DNA of 32,000 bases from Candidatus Arthromitus sp. SFB-rat-Yit (lineage in GTDB: Bacteria; Bacillota; Clostridia; Clostridiales; Clostridiaceae): positions 1,440,001-1,472,000 of the forward strand of contig NC_016012.1 in the NCBI RefSeq assembly GCF_000283555.1. Direction: 5' to 3'. The translations under genes were made by a program, and so were the position numbers. Positions 27,131-32,000 of this stretch are shown here, piece by piece. How positions within the stretch are numbered: position 1 is the first letter of the stretch; each line of letters opens with the position of its first letter. The notes beneath the pieces were generated by a model. That model made no database searches and was not told where the DNA came from. It saw only the letters and a list, made by a program, of their open reading frames with translations.

Positions 27131-28024
27131 ATGGTTAACAAAAAAAATACATTAATATACTCTATAATTTTATTATTTTTTATACATATTATTATTAATT
27201 GTATTTACTTTCTTTACAACAATAAAAATAATTTAAGTTATAACATACCTAGTTTTGATGAAAAACAATTTAAAATAAACAATAAAACAATAACTTATTA
27301 TGAAAAAAATATAAAAAATCATTCTGATAATAATATTTCAAAAAATATTGTATTAATTCATGGAGCATTCGAATCATCTCTAAATTCATACAATTTAATT
27401 TCCGAACCACTAAGCACACTAATAAGTAAGCCATATAATTTTAATATATTTCTTATTGATTTGCCTGGTCATGGTAAATCTTTTAAAGCAAATAACTTTG
27501 ATTATTCCTTCAGAAATATTTCTTCATACATCAACTCTTTAATGGAAAATTTAAATATAACAGACGCACTTTTAATATGTAACAATTTTTCATCAAGCAT
27601 AGGGTTAAATATGATTTCTTTAAATGATAAAATTTTTTCAGAAATTCTCCTTATAGACCCTGTATTTGATTATAATTCCATGTGGGAAAATTTTAAATTA
27701 TTTTCCAAAAATAAATTATCCTTATTACCCTCATTTATTATATTGAATTTAAATAACTCATCTTTAAATTTAAATAAATATATTACATCATACTTCAATA
27801 ATAAGAATTCTTCAAATAAATACGCTTCAAAGATGATAAAAGATAGCACTCCGATTTCAACTTTAGATATTAAATCAAACATACCTATATTCGCTCTAAT
27901 TAATAACAAAAAATATTTTAATTCGAGTTATATTAAAAATCTATCAAATAGATTTTCATCCATCCTATTTTCTCCATATAAATACTCAATAGAAGATATA
28001 ATAAATAGTAGGTTTAAAAATTAA
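27131..28024 (+). CDS. Membrane-anchored alpha/beta-hydrolase-fold protein, apparently lacking the catalytic His and Asp
   Basis: N-terminal TM helix, then IVLIHGAFES...FLIDLPGHGKS (oxyanion/beta-strand signature) and a nucleophile-elbow-like NFSSSIG. I start at ATG 27131 (AAGGTGA plus 5 nt) rather than GTG 27122. Extreme N/K/I/S composition. Confidence 0.55.
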   Translation: MVNKKNTLIYSIILLFFIHIIINCIYFLYNNKNNLSYNIPSFDEKQFKINNKTITYYEKNIKNHSDNNISKNIVLIHGAFESSLNSYNLISEPLSTLISKPYNFNIFLIDLPGHGKSFKANNFDYSFRNISSYINSLMENLNITDALLICNNFSSSIGLNMISLNDKIFSEILLIDPVFDYNSMWENFKLFSKNKLSLLPSFIILNLNNSSLNLNKYITSYFNNKNSSNKYASKMIKDSTPISTLDIKSNIPIFALINNKKYFNSSYIKNLSNRFSSILFSPYKYSIEDIINSRFKN

Positions 28025-28035
28025 ACCTACTATTT
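28003..28035. terminator. Perfect 15-bp inverted repeat serving convergent genes (bidirectional terminator candidate)
   Basis: Stem AAATAGTAGGTTTAA (28003..28017), loop AAA, stem TTAAACCTACTATTT (28021..28035). The left arm lies in the last 7 codons of the hydrolase-like gene. The right arm spans its stop, the 10-nt gap and the first base of the orphan gene's stop. Confidence 0.55.
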
Positions 28036-29291
28036 TACTTAACCTTAAATTTTTTATAATCGTATTCCATTATAACATATCTTTTTGAATTTTTATAATC
28101 ATATATATATTTATTAAATCCCGTTTCCCCATCATAAGGTAATCCGGATGTATCATTATCAAAATCATCCTCTATCCCATAAACAAGATTAGAAACATTC
28201 TTCCCATCACAATTAATTCCTATGATAAAATATCCCCGATCTTTAAAATATGGATACATAAAAAGCATTGGATAATATGTTATTGCATATTTTGTATTAT
28301 CTATTTTTCTCATGTTTTGCATTTGTGAAAAATCATTTATAAAAACTTTAAAAAATCTATAATTTTCCTGATTTAAATAATTCATTTCCTCATATTCGCT
28401 TAATATATTGAGAAAAAACTTATAATTGTAATCATACTCAATATCTCGATTTTGAAAAGAATTTGGAATTAAACTCCTTAACATCTTTTCTATTTTCCCA
28501 TTATCTTTTAACATAAACTTTCTTAATGAATCTATATGATACTTTGCATCACTTAAATTGTTTTCAATTTCATCTTTACATTTCTTTATCTCATCTTCAT
28601 ATTCATGATAAATATTCTTATTTTTAAAATCTTTACTAATATCAAATGAATGTAGGTTTTTATATCTATCCATTATAATCTTTCCTCTATCAATCTCATT
28701 CCTTTCAAAATTGTTATCATCACAAACATGTAAACACTCGTCAATTTTATTATCTTCTTCAATAATTTCATTTTCACAATTTTTATCATCTTCACATACA
28801 ATTTCATTATATTTTTTATCTATTTTTTTATTCGATACATCATTTTTAACTTCAAATGTAAAATTTTCTTTCCTGAAAATCTTATTTTTAATTAATCTAA
28901 ATTGATTAATTTTCCAATTAAAAACTTTCTTCTTACCTAAAAATCCACTTAAAGGATATTTAACCTCCCCTTTTATATCTTTAAAACAAACAGTACTTCC
29001 ATGTAAACTTTCAAGTAATGTTTCATCAAATTCATACGATACATCAATTTTACCATTCTCATCTGGTTTAACATCTGCAATAGATATTATATCTACTTTA
29101 GATTCATTTTTAATTATCAAACTTAAGCTATAAGTATTTTCATTATTTAAATTTTGTATATAATAAAATATCTTAAGTTTAGATTCTTTGTACTCTATTT
29201 TTGTATAACCTGAGGGTTTATTATTTTTGAATGAATATCCCTTATCGTCTTCCTGAAGTATTATAAATTTTTTATTATCATAAACACTCAT
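28035..29291 (-). CDS. Hypothetical cytoplasmic protein, 418 aa, no recognised domain
   Basis: Long ORF with RBS TGGAGAA 4 nt before the ATG and its own flanking terminators. No signal peptide or TM helix. Three-part architecture (see findings). Confidence 0.6.
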   Translation of the reverse strand: MSVYDNKKFIILQEDDKGYSFKNNKPSGYTKIEYKESKLKIFYYIQNLNNENTYSLSLIIKNESKVDIISIADVKPDENGKIDVSYEFDETLLESLHGSTVCFKDIKGEVKYPLSGFLGKKKVFNWKINQFRLIKNKIFRKENFTFEVKNDVSNKKIDKKYNEIVCEDDKNCENEIIEEDNKIDECLHVCDDNNFERNEIDRGKIIMDRYKNLHSFDISKDFKNKNIYHEYEDEIKKCKDEIENNLSDAKYHIDSLRKFMLKDNGKIEKMLRSLIPNSFQNRDIEYDYNYKFFLNILSEYEEMNYLNQENYRFFKVFINDFSQMQNMRKIDNTKYAITYYPMLFMYPYFKDRGYFIIGINCDGKNVSNLVYGIEDDFDNDTSGLPYDGETGFNKYIYDYKNSKRYVIMEYDYKKFKVK

Positions 29292-29352
29292 CTAATTCTC
29301 CAATAAATAATTGTTTTAATATTATGTTATGCACAATTATATTAAAATTTAC

Positions 29353-29393
29353 TAAATAAAAATGGAGTAAATTATATTTAATTTACTCCATTT
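29353..29393 (-). terminator. Rho-independent terminator after ksgA, overlapping its last codons
   Basis: 13-bp stem AAATGGAGTAAAT (29360..29372) / ATTTACTCCATTT (29381..29393), extendable by 2 bp. A T-rich tract follows on the minus strand (TTTATTTAGT). Confidence 0.6.
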
Positions 29394-30211
29394 AAGATTT
29401 TAAATATTTTTATAAATTCATTTAATGTTAAATTTTCTGCCCTTTTATTAAAATCGATTCCTATATCATCAGATATCTTTGATAATAATGCTTTATCCTT
29501 ACCAAAATTAGCTAGTACATTATAAAATGTTTTTCTTCTCATTGCAAAGCATCTTTTAACAAATTTCAAAAAATATTCTTCCATTTCTTTAGTCTTAAGT
29601 TTTCTTTTAGGTTGTATTTCAAATTTAATAAATATAGAATCAACCTTAGGTTTGGGTGTGAAATTATTAGATGAAATATATCGAACCACATGGGGTGATG
29701 AAAAATAATTTGCAAAAACAGTTAAAGATCCATATTCCTTCGTGGAAACATCTGCTAAAATACGATCTCCTACTTCTTTTTGCATCATAACACCAATAAA
29801 ATCAATATTGAGATCACTTTTAAATAACTTTTCTAATATAGGAGTCGTTATGTAATATGGTATATTAGCTATAACTTTAAAATTACTATTTAATTTTTCA
29901 AAATTTTTCAAATCAATTTTCATAAAATCATAATGTATAAGTTCAAAATTATCATATTTGTCGAATCTTTCATTTAAAATAGGTATAAGTCTATTGTCTA
30001 TTTCGACTGATATAACTTTCTTTGCTCTTAAAATTAGTTTCTCTGTTAAAGCACCAAATCCAGGTCCAATTTCAATAATAACATCATCTTGTGTAATACA
30101 TAGTTCATCTAATATTTCATTAAGTAAATTATCATTGTTAAAAAAATTCTGTCCTAATGATCCCTTAAATAGAAACCCATACTCCCTCTGTAATTCTCTA
30201 ATATTTGTCAT
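29378..30211 (-). CDS. rsmA: 16S rRNA (adenine1518/1519-N6)-dimethyltransferase
   Basis: LGQNFF, SAM motif EIGPGFGALTEKL and NIPYYITTPI. The start overlaps the rnmV end by 14 nt. Confidence 0.9.
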   Translation of the reverse strand: MTNIRELQREYGFLFKGSLGQNFFNNDNLLNEILDELCITQDDVIIEIGPGFGALTEKLILRAKKVISVEIDNRLIPILNERFDKYDNFELIHYDFMKIDLKNFEKLNSNFKVIANIPYYITTPILEKLFKSDLNIDFIGVMMQKEVGDRILADVSTKEYGSLTVFANYFSSPHVVRYISSNNFTPKPKVDSIFIKFEIQPKRKLKTKEMEEYFLKFVKRCFAMRRKTFYNVLANFGKDKALLSKISDDIGIDFNKRAENLTLNEFIKIFKILNGVN

Positions 30212-30758
30212 TTATTATCTCCTCTAACTTTTCTAATGAAGATCTAAACATTTCCCTAGATATGTTAAAACTATTTAACCTAGATAAAAATTTTTTTCCA
30301 TTAGATATTCCAATTCCTAAAATATCTCCCAAAATCTCTCTACGTTTCAATGAATTTTTATTCCCTACAAGTTTGTTATCAAATAAATCCTTTTCTGTGA
30401 ACTCATTTCTCTTATAGTTTAACTCACATTTTGCATTTTCTAAAGCTGAAATTATATCTTCAGGCTTAGCATTTTCAACTCCTATATCACCATTTTTAGT
30501 ACTTTTATCTCTTGCTATATAAGCATGTTTAACACCCTTTATATTATCTGCAATTTTCTTTCTTATCCTATCACCTGCAGAATCTGAGTCCATAAGAAGT
30601 ATAACTCCACATCTTTCTTGTGCGTTTTTAATCAAATTCATAGTTTTTTTGGATATACCAAATCCAGATACATATATAACTTCAGCATCAACTCCACGCT
30701 TAACTGCAATTTCATCACATATACCTTCAACTACTATAACTTCCTTAATTTTAATCAT
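30198..30758 (-). CDS. rnmV: Ribonuclease M5 (Toprim domain, 5S rRNA maturase)
   Basis: IKEVIVVEGICDEIAV (Toprim Glu) and LLMDSDSAGDRIRKKI (DxD). 186 aa. Conserved rnmV-ksgA pair. RBS GGGGAGGA. Confidence 0.85.
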   Translation of the reverse strand: MIKIKEVIVVEGICDEIAVKRGVDAEVIYVSGFGISKKTMNLIKNAQERCGVILLMDSDSAGDRIRKKIADNIKGVKHAYIARDKSTKNGDIGVENAKPEDIISALENAKCELNYKRNEFTEKDLFDNKLVGNKNSLKRREILGDILGIGISNGKKFLSRLNSFNISREMFRSSLEKLEEIINDKY

Positions 30759-30775
30759 TAAATATCCTCCCCTAT

Positions 30776-30815
30776 AATAAAAAATGCTACAATACTTAAA
30801 ATAAATATTATAGCA
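30776..30815 (-). terminator. Candidate terminator after the yabE-like gene (the same DNA also carries an extended -10-like TGCTATAAT)
   Basis: Minus strand reads TGCTATAATA, an 11-nt loop, TATTGTAGCA (10 bp with one G.U), then TTTTTTATT. TGCTATAAT (30807..30815) could alternatively be an rnmV-ksgA promoter -10. Confidence 0.35.
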
Positions 30816-30825
30816 AATTTTAAAA

Positions 30826-31881
30826 CTATTCTAATATATATATTCTTATTCCTTTTTTTCTTCCCCAATTATACGCAGCTTCTCTACTCGGCATAAAAAC
30901 ATCTATTATATCTCCCTTTATAGCTCCTCCAGTATCGTGAGCTATGGCAAAACCATACCCCTCAACATATACTTTTGTATTAAGAGGTATAACTTTTGGA
31001 TCAACCGCAATAGTACTCCATCCAGCAGGATTATAAACCGTTGGATTTCCTGTAGCTGTTATGTGATTGCCATTAGATCCACTATTATAAAAAGCGGTGG
31101 ACTCTACTAATTTAGAATACTTTATTAAATATTCTTCACCTAAAAACAGTATTTTTTCTCCATTTAAATGTAAATTAGAAGAGTTTTGTTCTATATATTT
31201 AACACTTCTACTCTTCGTTCCTTTTTCAATTACTTTATCAATGGATTGATCTTCTATACCATCATAAATAATATTACTACTAACTTCAATATTGTTTTCA
31301 TAACGTTTTTCAGTTTTAATAAGTCTTATTCCATTCTTACCTTCTTGGATTAAGTTTTCTTCATCTATATATAAATCATCATTATATATAGTCTTAACTT
31401 CAAAAGGAATTTCTATTCTATCTTCATTGATTTTTATATCAACATATTTAATAAAAATCTCTTCATCTGGAATAATGTAACTATACAAAGATGGCTCAAC
31501 TATATCATTATCATCTATCTTTATTTCTCTCTCTTTCAATAGATCTTCTATAGTTTTGGATGTTGTCATAATTTCATATGGGTCATTATTCCCTAAATAT
31601 AAAACAACCGGGAATGGATTATTTAAAACACCCTCATCTTCATATTCTGTATTAAAAACTCTTGATGGTTCTAATGCCTCCGCCCTATTTTGTAAGACTG
31701 TACTATTTTCTGTTAACATATCTCCAACTTCATTTTCTGCTTTATATGTTGAAATCTCAATTCCATCGACAACAAGTATAACCGGCTTGTTCATATAAAT
31801 AACTAAATAAAATAATATAACAAAAATTAACAAGCTAGCTAAAGAAAACAGCACAGTCTTTATCGACCTTGATTTTACCAT
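30826..31881 (-). CDS. YabE-like cell-wall protein (TM anchor, DUF348-like region, G5 domain, C-terminal 3D/RlpA-like domain)
   Basis: TM anchor FSLASLLIFVILFYLVIY. G5-like segment IEIPFEVKTIYNDDLY.DEENLIQEGKNG....TEKRYENN. 3D motifs IAVDPKVIPLNTKVYVEGYGFAIAHDTGGAIKGDIIDVF. RBS GGGGGGA. Confidence 0.8.
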   Translation of the reverse strand: MVKSRSIKTVLFSLASLLIFVILFYLVIYMNKPVILVVDGIEISTYKAENEVGDMLTENSTVLQNRAEALEPSRVFNTEYEDEGVLNNPFPVVLYLGNNDPYEIMTTSKTIEDLLKEREIKIDDNDIVEPSLYSYIIPDEEIFIKYVDIKINEDRIEIPFEVKTIYNDDLYIDEENLIQEGKNGIRLIKTEKRYENNIEVSSNIIYDGIEDQSIDKVIEKGTKSRSVKYIEQNSSNLHLNGEKILFLGEEYLIKYSKLVESTAFYNSGSNGNHITATGNPTVYNPAGWSTIAVDPKVIPLNTKVYVEGYGFAIAHDTGGAIKGDIIDVFMPSREAAYNWGRKKGIRIYILE

Positions 31882-31911
31882 AATTCCCCCCTAATAAAAC
31901 CTTAATATACA

Positions 31912-32000
31912 TTATAAACTTAAAAATTTTGATGCATTTTTATATAACGTATCCCCAATTTTATAGAAGTCTTCATTTTTTACTTCAGCTATTTTTTTTA
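31912..32000 (-). CDS. TatD-family hydrolase, C-terminal ~29 codons only (gene enters from the right edge)
   Basis: Minus-strand frame reads ..KKIAEVKNEDFYKIGDTLYKNASKFLSL* (stop at 31912..31914). It resembles TatD/YabD C-termini (IAE.KG.....v...T..N...lF.L). Position upstream of yabE matches yabD. Confidence 0.45.
   Translation of the reverse strand, partial: KKIAEVKNEDFYKIGDTLYKNASKFLSL

Overview
Very AT-rich chromosomal segment (roughly three quarters A+T by eye, not computed) from an endospore-forming, Clostridium-like Firmicute. About 30 of 32 genes are on the minus strand. They reproduce the conserved Bacillus/Clostridium core neighbourhood, read right to left: tatD(3' end)-yabE-rnmV-ksgA ... 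spoVG ... glmU-prs ... pth-mfd ... spoVT-yabM/spoVB-like-hup-yabO-yabP-yabQ-divIC-yabR-[tRNA-Leu, tRNA-fMet, tRNA-Met]-spoIIE-tilS-hpt-ftsH(5' end). I see no mobile element, CRISPR array, rRNA, prophage remnant or recognisable defence or toxin system, so this is mostly an ordinary housekeeping and sporulation region. Five things deserve a second look. (1) mfd is split by a +1 frameshift inside an A8 homopolymer exactly at an interdomain linker. (2) A response regulator / histidine kinase / HtrA-like cassette sits between prs and pth; the kinase lacks the DxGxG ATP-binding G1 box and the protease lacks the catalytic His and Ser. (3) Two more accessory enzymes, a metallophosphoesterase and a membrane-anchored alpha/beta-hydrolase, also have degenerate catalytic motifs, while every core enzyme keeps its motifs. 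(4) A 418-aa orphan protein with no motif I recognise sits where Bacillus carries yabG-veg-sspF-ispE-purR-yabJ. (5) The initiator tRNA has a pairable U1:A72 instead of the canonical C1xA72 mismatch. All motif statements come from by-eye alignment against remembered family consensus sequences and need HMM or structure confirmation.
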